Of a DNA stretch of 64,000 nucleotides, positions 56,074 to 64,000 are shown piece after piece. Position 1 is the first letter of the stretch; the number at the start of each line of letters is the position of its first letter. Below the pieces are notes generated by a model. That model did no database searches. It worked only from the letters and a program-made list of their open reading frames with translations, and was not told where the DNA came from. The position numbers and the translations under genes were made by a program. The DNA comes from Chloroflexota bacterium (GTDB lineage Bacteria; Chloroflexota; Limnocylindria; Limnocylindrales; CSP1-4), in the NCBI GenBank assembly GCA_003141245.1, contig PLLE01000046.1:62841-126840 (forward strand), in the 5' to 3' direction.

Positions 56074-57165
56074 TCAGGAGACCGCGAGGCCGCTGGCGCT
56101 CGTCGGCAGCACCGGGCCGCCGGAGATCGCAGTTAGGGTTCCGCCGCTTCCGATCCAGTAGCCGGCGACCGTGTGGGTACCTGCCAGGTATACGTACAGG
56201 AGCCGGCCGTTGCCGGTCACGCCGAGATCGAGCGGGGCGCTGCCCGCTCCGGTGTTGGCCGCGACGGACTGCACGAGCGCGATCGAACCGCTCGAGGCGA
56301 TGCTGAACGAACTGATCGTTCCGCCATGTGCATTGCTATCGAAGGCCCAGCGGCCGTTCGGCGTCACGACGACCCAGCAGGCCGCGAGGCCGCCGGTGGT
56401 TACGCTGCCCGAGATGACCGTGGCTCCAGCGCCGCTGACTCGATACGACGAGAGCGTGCTATTGGCGGCCTCGGACACGATCGGGTGGTTCCGCAGATCG
56501 AAGGCGAAGCCATATGGGACGGGGCCGGACGACGCGGAGCTGACCGGCGCGGCGGCTCGACCATCGCTCACCGCGTAGACGTCGAGCATGTTCGCCGCCC
56601 GCTCGGTCACTACGAGGAACTTACCGTTGGTGCTGAACGCGACTTCGGCCGGGTTGGTGGCGCTCCCGCTGAGGGGCTGCGTCGAGCCGGAGATCGCGCG
56701 CAGCTTGCCGTCATGGACGCGGAAGCCGGCAATGTTGCCCGCGCCGCCCGCGTCGAGGACGTACGCGAGATCGCCATGGGTCGTGACGCTGACGGGATCA
56801 GTGCCGCCCGCCGCGGCCTTGTCCGCGAATGCGAGCGTGCCGCTGTCGCGGACGCGGAACAGGCTGACATCGTTGCTACCGGCGTTCACCGCCAGCAGCC
56901 AATCGCCGTCGGCGCTCAGGACGACTTCGCCCTGGGTTCCGAGTCCGGCGCCGGTGCCGGTTCCGTGCGTCGAGAACGAGCCGATCGAGTTGAGCTGGCC
57001 GTCCGCCGATCGGGCGAAGGCCAGGATCGAGTTGCCCGTCGAAGCGTTCGTCTCGGTGTAGACGAAGCCGGCGGGACCGCTGTGGGCGCTGGCAACGCCC
57101 GGGATCGCGAGCGCCGCGGCAATCGCGGTCGCTGCTACGAGGATGGGCAGGCGTCTGTGGGTCAT
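56074..57165 (-). CDS. secreted beta-propeller lactonase-family protein
   Basis: ATG 57165 with an AGGAGGA RBS. Signal 'LPILVAATAIAAALAIPGVASA'. Repeated blade pattern ('NSILAF', 'NDVSLFRV', 'GNIAGFRV', 'STLSSYRV', 'TISSFSI'). Confidence 0.7.
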   Translation of the reverse strand: MTHRRLPILVAATAIAAALAIPGVASAHSGPAGFVYTETNASTGNSILAFARSADGQLNSIGSFSTHGTGTGAGLGTQGEVVLSADGDWLLAVNAGSNDVSLFRVRDSGTLAFADKAAAGGTDPVSVTTHGDLAYVLDAGGAGNIAGFRVHDGKLRAISGSTQPLSGSATNPAEVAFSTNGKFLVVTERAANMLDVYAVSDGRAAAPVSSASSGPVPYGFAFDLRNHPIVSEAANSTLSSYRVSGAGATVISGSVTTGGLAACWVVVTPNGRWAFDSNAHGGTISSFSIASSGSIALVQSVAANTGAGSAPLDLGVTGNGRLLYVYLAGTHTVAGYWIGSGGTLTAISGGPVLPTSASGLAVS

Positions 57166-57307
57166 CGGGTCTTTCCTCCTTGGCGCTCGGTGCTTTGCCG
57201 AGCCGACCCGGAGGATCAACTCCCTGTGTGACGTGACGATGACAGCTGCGCGACGGCTCGGAGACACGGTCCGTTCTTCGTCGGCCCCCGAAGAGCTTCC
57301 TCGAGCC

Positions 57308-57345
57308 GTCATCGATGCGTCACCGGCTTGTCATCGGCGTGTCAC
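57308..57345 (+). promoter_or_regulatory. four direct GTCAY repeats at exact 11-bp spacing (candidate response-regulator site)
   Basis: GTCAT 57308, GTCAC 57319, GTCAT 57330, GTCAC 57341. They lie 53-90 nt upstream of ATG 57398. Confidence 0.45.
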
Positions 57346-57397
57346 GGAACCTCTCCATCGTCGCGAGCATCTCGCCGCACCATTGGAGAAAGCAAAG

Positions 57398-57643
57398 ATG
57401 CATCGACCTATTCGACTGGCCGCCGGTTTCGCCTCGCTGGCGCTCCTCGTGGGCATGGCCGCCGCGGCCTGCACCCAGCCCGGCGCGTCGGCCAGCCCGC
57501 CGGCCATGATGGAAAGCCCGTCGGCCATGATGGCCAGCCCGTCGGCCATGATGGAAAGCCCGTCGGCCATGATGGCCAGCCCGTCGGCCATGATGGAGAG
57601 CCCCTCGGCCATGATGGCGAGCCCGTCGCCGACCGGCCAGTAG
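57398..57643 (+). CDS. small lipoprotein made almost entirely of Met-rich SPSAMM(E/A) repeats
   Basis: ATG 57398 with a GGAGAA RBS. Lipobox 'LVGMAAAAC'. Six 21-nt tandem units at 57494-57622. Confidence 0.65.
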   Translation: MHRPIRLAAGFASLALLVGMAAAACTQPGASASPPAMMESPSAMMASPSAMMESPSAMMASPSAMMESPSAMMASPSPTGQ

Positions 57644-57698
57644 CGGCCCGCCCCCACCCATTCGCTGACGGGGCGTCCGCGCACGCCGAGGTAACCCC

Positions 57699-59474
57699 AT
57701 GCTCCTGCTCGTTCTCGTGGCGTTCGTCGCCGGGCTCGTAACCGCGGTGTCGCCGTGCGTTCTGCCGATCCTGCCGGTCGTTCTTGCGACCGGCGCGGAC
57801 GGCGATCGGCGACGGCCGTATCTGGTCATCGCCGGGCTGATCGCCAGCTTCTCGTTCTTCACGTTGGCGAGCGTCCAGGTCATCTCGGCGCTGCATCTCC
57901 CAAGCTCGGCGCTTCGGGACGTGGCCATCGCGGTCATCGCGATCTTCGGACTGACGCTGCTGGTCCCTGCGGTCAACCGTATCTGGGAGCGAGCCACGGT
58001 CAGGCTGCAGGGAGTGGGCGGGCGGTTGATGGGTCGATCGAGCGGCGGCCCACTCACGCTCGGACAGCCAACCGAGCCAAAGCACGGCAGTGTCGTTGGC
58101 GGGCTCATGACCGGTCTCGGTCTCGGGCTCGTCTGGACGCCGTGCGCCGGGCCGATCCTGGGAGCTATTACGAGCCTGGCCGTTACGACTCCTGGCTCAG
58201 GCTCGACGCTCGTCCTGGTCGTCGCTTATGCGATCGGCGCGGGGCTTCCACTTCTCGCGATCGCGCAAGGCGGCCGCGCTTTGATCGGGCGCCTCCGCCT
58301 GCGTTCGACCGCCGGCTGGGCGACCCGCGCATTCGGTGCGCTCGTCATCGTGACCGCTGGTCTCATGGCGGTGGGTGCAGACACGGCCATCTCCGCCGAC
58401 CTGACGAGCGCACTCCCTGATTGGACCAACACACTGCAGGCCCTGGAGCGCTCCAACCCGGTCCAATCGGCCCTGAGCCAGCTCGCGGGCCACGACCAAT
58501 CGAGCGCCGCCCCCGGCTCAAATTCGAGCGCGGCTAACCTGCCGAACCTGGGCAAGGCTCCCGAGATCACCGGGATCGACCACTGGCTCAACTCGGAGCC
58601 AGTGACACTGGCCTCGCTGCACGGCAAGGTCGTCCTGGTCGATTTCTGGACGTACTCGTGCATCAACTGCATTCGCACGCTGCCGTATCTGGAAAGCTGG
58701 TATCAGAAGTACGAAGCGGAGGGCTTCGTCATCATCGGCGTCCATGCCCCAGAATTCGCCTTCGAGCACGACACGGGCAACGTCCAGTCCGCCATCGCTC
58801 GCTTCGGGATCACGTACCCGGTCGCGCAGGACAACGAGTTCAAGACCTGGGGCGCCTACAGCAACGAGTACTGGCCGGCCCACTACCTCATCGACGCGAG
58901 CGGCAACATCCGTGCCGAGCATTTCGGCGAAGGTGCCTACGCGGAGACAGAGGCGCAGATCCGCGGACTCCTCGCGGAAGCCGGGCAGGCTGCGCTACCG
59001 ACATCAACCACCGGCGACGGCCCTGTCCCGATCGCCAACGGTCAGACACCGGAGACGTACCTGGGCTCTGCCCGAGCATCCGATTTCGCCGGCTCCTATC
59101 CGGGCGACGGCTCGCACGATCTGACGTTGCCCGCGTCGCTCCAGACGAACGAATGGGCGCTCGACGGCAAGTGGGACATCTCATCGCAATTCGTCACCAC
59201 CCAAGCGGCGGGGGACAAGCTGCAGCTCAAATTCCGGGCGCGCGACGTCTATCTGGTCATGTCGGCGGCAACACCGGTCACGGCTCACGTGGTCGTGACC
59301 GGAGCGAGCAGCGCTTCGGTCACGACTGAGGACGTCTCGTCCACCGGCCTGCTGACCGTATCGACGGCGAGGCTCTATCACCTGGTCCACCTGCCCGATC
59401 AGGAGCAGGCCACGGTTACGCTCACGTTCGATGGGCCGAGCGTCCAGGTCTTCGCGTTCACGTTCGGCAGCTAA
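57699..59474 (+). CDS. DipZ-like protein: CcdA/DsbD transmembrane domain, thioredoxin-like domain and a C-terminal domain
   Basis: N-terminal multi-TM region with 'AVSPCVLPILP' and 'VWTPCAGPILG'. Redoxin motif 'FWTYSCINCIRTLP'. Confidence 0.85.
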   Translation: MLLLVLVAFVAGLVTAVSPCVLPILPVVLATGADGDRRRPYLVIAGLIASFSFFTLASVQVISALHLPSSALRDVAIAVIAIFGLTLLVPAVNRIWERATVRLQGVGGRLMGRSSGGPLTLGQPTEPKHGSVVGGLMTGLGLGLVWTPCAGPILGAITSLAVTTPGSGSTLVLVVAYAIGAGLPLLAIAQGGRALIGRLRLRSTAGWATRAFGALVIVTAGLMAVGADTAISADLTSALPDWTNTLQALERSNPVQSALSQLAGHDQSSAAPGSNSSAANLPNLGKAPEITGIDHWLNSEPVTLASLHGKVVLVDFWTYSCINCIRTLPYLESWYQKYEAEGFVIIGVHAPEFAFEHDTGNVQSAIARFGITYPVAQDNEFKTWGAYSNEYWPAHYLIDASGNIRAEHFGEGAYAETEAQIRGLLAEAGQAALPTSTTGDGPVPIANGQTPETYLGSARASDFAGSYPGDGSHDLTLPASLQTNEWALDGKWDISSQFVTTQAAGDKLQLKFRARDVYLVMSAATPVTAHVVVTGASSASVTTEDVSSTGLLTVSTARLYHLVHLPDQEQATVTLTFDGPSVQVFAFTFGS

Positions 59475-59674
59475 GCCGAACCTTCGGCCGCACGAGTAGG
59501 GCAGGTCGCCTGACGGTCCGATGCCGATGCGCGCTGGCACCCATATCTCGCGGCGCCCATGATTACTTCGATCTTCGATGCAGTTGCCCGCCGCCTAGCT
59601 GTCGCGGCGGCCTGCGGCCCACGACGGAAGCCCATACGTCGAGCGATGTCGTGCCGCCACGGAAAGGGGACACG

Positions 59675-60694
59675 ATGCAAATCGGATTGGTCGGTCTGGG
59701 CCGGATGGGCGCCAACATGTCGCGGCGCTGGCTTCGAGATGGCCACACGGTTGTTGGGTACGCGCGTCACGTAGCGACGGTGAACGGGCTGGTCGCGGAC
59801 AAGGCGCTTTCGGCGGGAGCGAAATCCCTCAAGGACCTGATCGGCCAGCTCGCTGCGCCACGGGTCGTGTGGCTGATGGTGCCCGCCGCGTCTGTCGACG
59901 CCACGCTTGATGAGATCGCGCCGCTGCTGGCGCGGGGCGACGTGGTCGTGGACGGCGGCAATTCCTACTACGTCGACGACATCCGCCGCTCAAAGACCCT
60001 CGCCAAAGAGGGCATCCACTACCTCGACTGTGGGACCAGCGGCGGCGTGTTCGGTCTGGAGCGCGGCTATTGCCTGATGATCGGCGGCCCGGCCGAAGCC
60101 GTGAAGCAACTCGATCCGATCTTTCGCGCCCTCGCCCCCGGCGTCGACTCTGCGCCGCGGACTCCGGGACGGACCGGAAAGCCATCGCCGGCGGAAAACG
60201 GGTATCTGCACTGCGGCCCCAGCGGCGCAGGCCATTTCGTGAAGATGGTCCACAACGGCATCGAGTACGGACTGATGGCCGCCTACGCCGAAGGGCTCAA
60301 CATCCTCAAGCACGCCAACGCCGGCGCGGCCAAGCGCGAGGTCAGCGCCGAGATCACGCCATTACGGGATCCCGACAACTACAAGTACGACCTCGACCTG
60401 ACCGAAGTCGCCGAGGTGTGGAGGCGCGGCAGCGTGGTCGCATCCTGGCTACTGGATCTGACGGCCCAGGCATTCATGGGCAACGGCGATCTCTCCAACT
60501 TCGAGGGTCGCGTGTCGGACTCCGGCGAGGGGCGCTGGACGAGCATCGCGGCCATCGACGTGGGCGCGCCTGCTCCGATCCTGACCACGGCCCTGTACGA
60601 GCGGTTCATGTCGCGTGGTGAGGCGGACTTCGCCGATCGAGTTCTTTCGGCCATGAGATACGGCTTCGGCGGGCACGAAGAACAGAAGGGTTAG
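59675..60694 (+). CDS. gnd: 6-phosphogluconate dehydrogenase (decarboxylating), short form
   Basis: 'MQIGLVGLGRMGANM' Rossmann fold and 'GAGHFVKMVHNGIEYG'. Confidence 0.85.
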   Translation: MQIGLVGLGRMGANMSRRWLRDGHTVVGYARHVATVNGLVADKALSAGAKSLKDLIGQLAAPRVVWLMVPAASVDATLDEIAPLLARGDVVVDGGNSYYVDDIRRSKTLAKEGIHYLDCGTSGGVFGLERGYCLMIGGPAEAVKQLDPIFRALAPGVDSAPRTPGRTGKPSPAENGYLHCGPSGAGHFVKMVHNGIEYGLMAAYAEGLNILKHANAGAAKREVSAEITPLRDPDNYKYDLDLTEVAEVWRRGSVVASWLLDLTAQAFMGNGDLSNFEGRVSDSGEGRWTSIAAIDVGAPAPILTTALYERFMSRGEADFADRVLSAMRYGFGGHEEQKG

Positions 60695-60698
60695 GGCC

Positions 60699-62129
60699 AT
60701 GGCCGGTGCGCGACCCAAGAGTCGATCGGCCAGCGAGCCGGGCGAGCCGTCGGACGCCTTCATCTTCTTCGGCGCCACCGGCGACCTTGCCTACAAGCAG
60801 ATCTTCCCCGCGCTCGCGGACCTGATACGCGACGAGGGCTTTGACCTTCCGATCATCGGCGTGGCCCGTTCTGGTGACCTCGACAGCCTCAAGGAGCGGG
60901 CTCGCCGGAGCCTGGCCGAGCATGGGTTCACCGATGCGGCCGCGACCCAGGCCCTGACCGACCGCCTGCGCTACGTCAAGGGTTCGGACGAAGACATTGA
61001 GACATTCCGCGCCCTGCGTCGGGAGCTCGGGGAGGCCCGGCATCCGCTTCACTATCTGGCCGTTCCGCCGGCGCTGTTCGGCGAGGTCGTGGGCTGCCTG
61101 CAGGTTTCCGGCTGCGCGGCCGGGGCGCGGATCATCGTGGAGAAACCGTTCGGCCGCGATCTCGCCTCTGCGGTGGCGCTCAACGAGACGATCCACGAAG
61201 TCTTCGCCGAACCCGACGTTTTCCGGATCGACCACTACCTGGGCAAGGAGCCGGTCCAGAACCTTGTCTACTTCCGCTTCGCCAACTCGTTCCTGGAGCC
61301 ACTCTGGAATCGCGACCACGTAGCCAGCGTCCAGATCAACATGCCCGAGGCAATGGACGTTGCCGATCGCGGGGCTTTCTACGACCAGGCCGGAGCGATT
61401 CGCGACGTGGTCCAGAACCATCTCCTCCAGGTGGTGAGCCTGCTGGCAATGGAACCGCCGTCCGGCCACACGCCGGAGGCGATCCGCAACGAGAAGTACA
61501 AGGTCCTCGACTCCATTCGCCCGCTCGTGCCCGACGACCTGGTGCGCGGCCAATACCGCGGATACCGCGACACGAAAGGCGTTGCCGCCGATTCTTCCGT
61601 CGAGACGTTCGTGGCCCTGAGGCTGCACATCGACAGCTGGCGCTGGGCGGGAGTGCCGTTCTACATCCGAACCGGCAAGTGCCTGCCCGTCACCGCCACC
61701 GAGGTTCTCGTGGAGATGAAGCGCCCGCCGCAGTCGCTCTTCGGGGAGGCCCAGCAGCGTGACGCCGACTACTTCCGCTTCCGGCTCTCGCCGGACATGT
61801 CGATCTCGCTCGGCGCACTCGCCAAGAAGCCCGGCGAAGCCATGGCCGGCGAGCCCGTCGAACTGCTCGCGTCCCATGAGAGTGGCAGCGAGCGGCCGCC
61901 ATACCAGCGATTGATCGGCGACGCCAGCCGCGGCGACCAATCGTTGTTCGCCGGCGAGGATTTGGTCGAAGCGGCCTGGCGTGTGGTCAACGGGGTGCTG
62001 GACGACAAGACCCCCCTGAACGTCTACGAGCTCGGGACCTGGGGTCCGCCCGAGGCTGCCGGCGTGCTGGACCGCGGAGATCGGTGGCACGACCCGGTGG
62101 CGACACCCCGAATGGCGGCCTCGAAATGA
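60699..62129 (+). CDS. zwf: glucose-6-phosphate dehydrogenase
   Basis: 'FIFFGATGDLAYKQIFPAL' and 'RIDHYLGKE'. Confidence 0.9.
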   Translation: MAGARPKSRSASEPGEPSDAFIFFGATGDLAYKQIFPALADLIRDEGFDLPIIGVARSGDLDSLKERARRSLAEHGFTDAAATQALTDRLRYVKGSDEDIETFRALRRELGEARHPLHYLAVPPALFGEVVGCLQVSGCAAGARIIVEKPFGRDLASAVALNETIHEVFAEPDVFRIDHYLGKEPVQNLVYFRFANSFLEPLWNRDHVASVQINMPEAMDVADRGAFYDQAGAIRDVVQNHLLQVVSLLAMEPPSGHTPEAIRNEKYKVLDSIRPLVPDDLVRGQYRGYRDTKGVAADSSVETFVALRLHIDSWRWAGVPFYIRTGKCLPVTATEVLVEMKRPPQSLFGEAQQRDADYFRFRLSPDMSISLGALAKKPGEAMAGEPVELLASHESGSERPPYQRLIGDASRGDQSLFAGEDLVEAAWRVVNGVLDDKTPLNVYELGTWGPPEAAGVLDRGDRWHDPVATPRMAASK

Positions 62130-62156
62130 GCGACGGGCATGGCGTGGACGGACGAG

Positions 62157-64000
62157 CTAGGGCTGCATAGGGAGCAATGCAGCCACGCTCGGCGTGACAT
62201 CCTGGCTTGGACGTAGGCGCAAGCGACGCAGAAGTTGGGCATTGGCGGCCACGATGACCGTTGAGGCACTCATCGCGATTGCGCCGACCGCCATCGGCAA
62301 GTCGAGCCCCCACGGGACGAGAATCCCAGCTGCGATCGGTATCGCGACCAGGTTGTAGGCCGTCGCCCAGACGAGGTTCTGGACCATCTTTCGATACGTG
62401 GCTCGCGACAGCTCGATTGCGCCGACAACGTCACGGGGGTCGCTGCGGACGAGGACTATCCCGGCCGACTCGATCGCGACGTCAGTCCCAGCGCCAATCG
62501 CGATGCCAATGTCGGCGGTTGCCAGCGCGGGAGCGTCATTGACGCCGTCGCCCACCATCGCGACTTTGCGGCCGCCGGTCTGGAAGCGCTTGACGGCGGC
62601 GGCCTTGTCTTCGGGGAGAACCTGTGCCGCGACCTCGTCGATGCCCAGGCGCTTGGCCACTGTGTCGGCCACCTCCTGCGCATCTCCGGTGATCATTGCC
62701 ACCTTGAGACCCATCGCGTGGAGTCGCTTGATTGCCTCGGCCGACTCGGGGCGGATCTCGTCCTCGACTGCAAGCGCTCCGACCACCTTGCCGTCAGCCA
62801 CGACGTGCAGGACCGTGCGGCCTTCTCGCGCCCATGCGTCGGTCGCGGGATCGGCCTTCAGGCCAAGGTCCGCGAGCAGGCGTGGGCCACCGACCGACAC
62901 ATCGCGCCCATTGACTTTCGCCCGCGCTCCGCGCCCGGCCAATGACTCGAAGTCAGTGGCCGCCACAGGGTCGATGTCGCGGGCCTTCGCCCCCGCGACT
63001 ATCGCTCGCGCCAATGGGTGCTCGGAGTCCGCCTCCACGGAGGCGGCGAGGCGGAGCACCTCGCTCTCATCGGCTCCGCTGACCGCGGTAAGTGCCGGCT
63101 GACCTTTGGTGAGCGTCCCTGTCTTGTCGAAGATCACCACATTGAGATTTCGGGCTCGCTCGAGCGCAATCCGGTTCTTGACCAGCAGTCCGTTGCGCGC
63201 CCCGATCGAGGTCGAGATCGCGATCACGAGCGGGATCGCAAGGCCGAGAGCGTGCGGGCAGGCTATGACCAGTACGGTGGCGGTCCGCACGAGAGCGCCG
63301 GCACGATCACCGTCGATCCACCAGAACACGAACGTGATTGCTGCGGCCGAGAGCGCAACATAGAAGAGGATTGCAGCGGCCCGATCGGCGAGCGCCTGCG
63401 CCCGCGATGAGGATGACTGCGCCTCGGCGACCATCCGCATGATCCCAGAGAGCGCCGTCCCATCCCCAACGGCGGTAATGCGGATTCGCAGACTGCCGCC
63501 GGCGACGACGGTACCGGCCACGACCTTTGCGCCCGGCTCCTTTGATACGGCTCGGGATTCGCCGGTGATCATCGATTCGTCGACATCGGCCGAGCCTTCG
63601 ACGATGACTCCGTCGACCGGAATCCGCCCGCCCGGCCGGACCAGAACGACATCGTCCAGGGCAAGCGCGTCGAGCGGCACGGTCTCGGTGTCGGCGCCGG
63701 TCACTCGCTCGGCCGTGTCAGGCAGCAGCTCCGCAAGGGCCGCTAGAGCGCCGCGGGCCTGCGCTATCGAACGCATCTCGAGCCAGTGGCCGAGCAGCAT
63801 GATGACGATGAGAGACGAGAGCTCCCACCAGATTTCTATGTCGAACAGACCCAGCGTGCCTGCCCAGCTGGTGATGAAAGCGACCACGATCGCAAGCGAG
63901 ATCAGGGTCATCATCGCGGGCTGGCGGGTGGCGAGCTCGCCGCGGGCACCGCGCAAGAAGACCAGGCCGCCATACAGGAAGAGGATGGTACCCAGAATTG
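62157..64000 (-). CDS. heavy-metal P1B-type ATPase (CPH motif), 5' end outside the window
   Basis: '[11 protein letters not shown]', 'FDKTGTLT', 'GDGVNDAP'. The reading frame is still open at 64000. Confidence 0.9.
   Translation of the reverse strand, partial: ILGTILFLYGGLVFLRGARGELATRQPAMMTLISLAIVVAFITSWAGTLGLFDIEIWWELSSLIVIMLLGHWLEMRSIAQARGALAALAELLPDTAERVTGADTETVPLDALALDDVVLVRPGGRIPVDGVIVEGSADVDESMITGESRAVSKEPGAKVVAGTVVAGGSLRIRITAVGDGTALSGIMRMVAEAQSSSSRAQALADRAAAILFYVALSAAAITFVFWWIDGDRAGALVRTATVLVIACPHALGLAIPLVIAISTSIGARNGLLVKNRIALERARNLNVVIFDKTGTLTKGQPALTAVSGADESEVLRLAASVEADSEHPLARAIVAGAKARDIDPVAATDFESLAGRGARAKVNGRDVSVGGPRLLADLGLKADPATDAWAREGRTVLHVVADGKVVGALAVEDEIRPESAEAIKRLHAMGLKVAMITGDAQEVADTVAKRLGIDEVAAQVLPEDKAAAVKRFQTGGRKVAMVGDGVNDAPALATADIGIAIGAGTDVAIESAGIVLVRSDPRDVVGAIELSRATYRKMVQNLVWATAYNLVAIPIAAGILVPWGLDLPMAVGAIAMSASTVIVAANAQLLRRLRLRPSQDVTPSVAALLPMQP

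Noticed and set aside
12641-57622. The tandem repeats (12641, 19322, 23791, 50364, 57494) as CRISPR arrays
   Set aside because: The units are 13-30 bp and directly abutting, with no unique spacers. Several are in-frame inside CDSs. No cas genes are present.
60606-62090. 494-aa ORF antisense to zwf
   Set aside because: Shadow ORF. The plus strand carries the G6PD motifs GATGDLA and RIDHYLGKE.

Overview
This is a high-GC, gene-dense bacterial chromosomal window. I cannot assign a taxon from the sequence alone. NiSOD, an F420-type LLM oxidoreductase, DipZ and ECF sigma content look Actinomycetota- or Chloroflexota-like. All calls rest on reading the ORF translations and the DNA by eye, with no database search. 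Start codons are my best choice and often differ from the ORF track, which over-extends many ORFs and lists many high-GC shadow ORFs. Core content: a beta-CASP MBL nuclease, an ECF sigma with a coupled membrane protein, ExoIII, MarR plus an ABC-2 exporter, a LOG-family protein, a GNAT-Rieske fusion, Ni-SOD (sodN) with its maturation protease, a ferric-reductase/FMN-binding pair, a PQQ sugar dehydrogenase, a YitJ-like Hcy-methyltransferase/MTHFR fusion, a glycogen cluster (large alpha-amylase-family protein, two GH57-type genes, glgP, glgA), nadB-nadC-nadA, a two-component system, a Met-rich lipoprotein plus DipZ, gnd-zwf, and a CPH-type P1B ATPase that runs off the window end. The accessory part lies at about 33.47-41.9 kb, inside a ~10 kb gap (31.7-41.9 kb) that splits the glycogen genes. 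It is visibly lower in GC and begins exactly where a SAM-methyltransferase gene is truncated. It carries two copies of a 44-bp direct repeat and a DNA methyltransferase fused to an Mrr-like nuclease domain. Most notably, it carries a translationally coupled operon encoding a 91-aa ubiquitin-like protein ending in RGG-QVDG, a UBC-like E2 (HPL...C), a JAB/JAMM peptidase and a ThiF-type E1, followed by an unknown fifth gene. An XRE repressor, a 63-aa ORF and a predicted papain-like cysteine peptidase are transcribed divergently from this operon. The four-gene core matches the known Bil-type (Ubl/E2/JAB/E1) antiphage architecture. The candidates for novelty are the accessory genes: the HTH plus cysteine-peptidase module and the fifth gene. 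Other items worth a second look: an orphan tRNA-Gly 5' half next to an AT-rich structured region, a candidate terminator-type leader RNA upstream of the GNAT-Rieske gene, a GTCAY x4 array with 11-bp periodicity upstream of a Met-repeat lipoprotein, and a tandem-repeat N-terminal extension on NadA.
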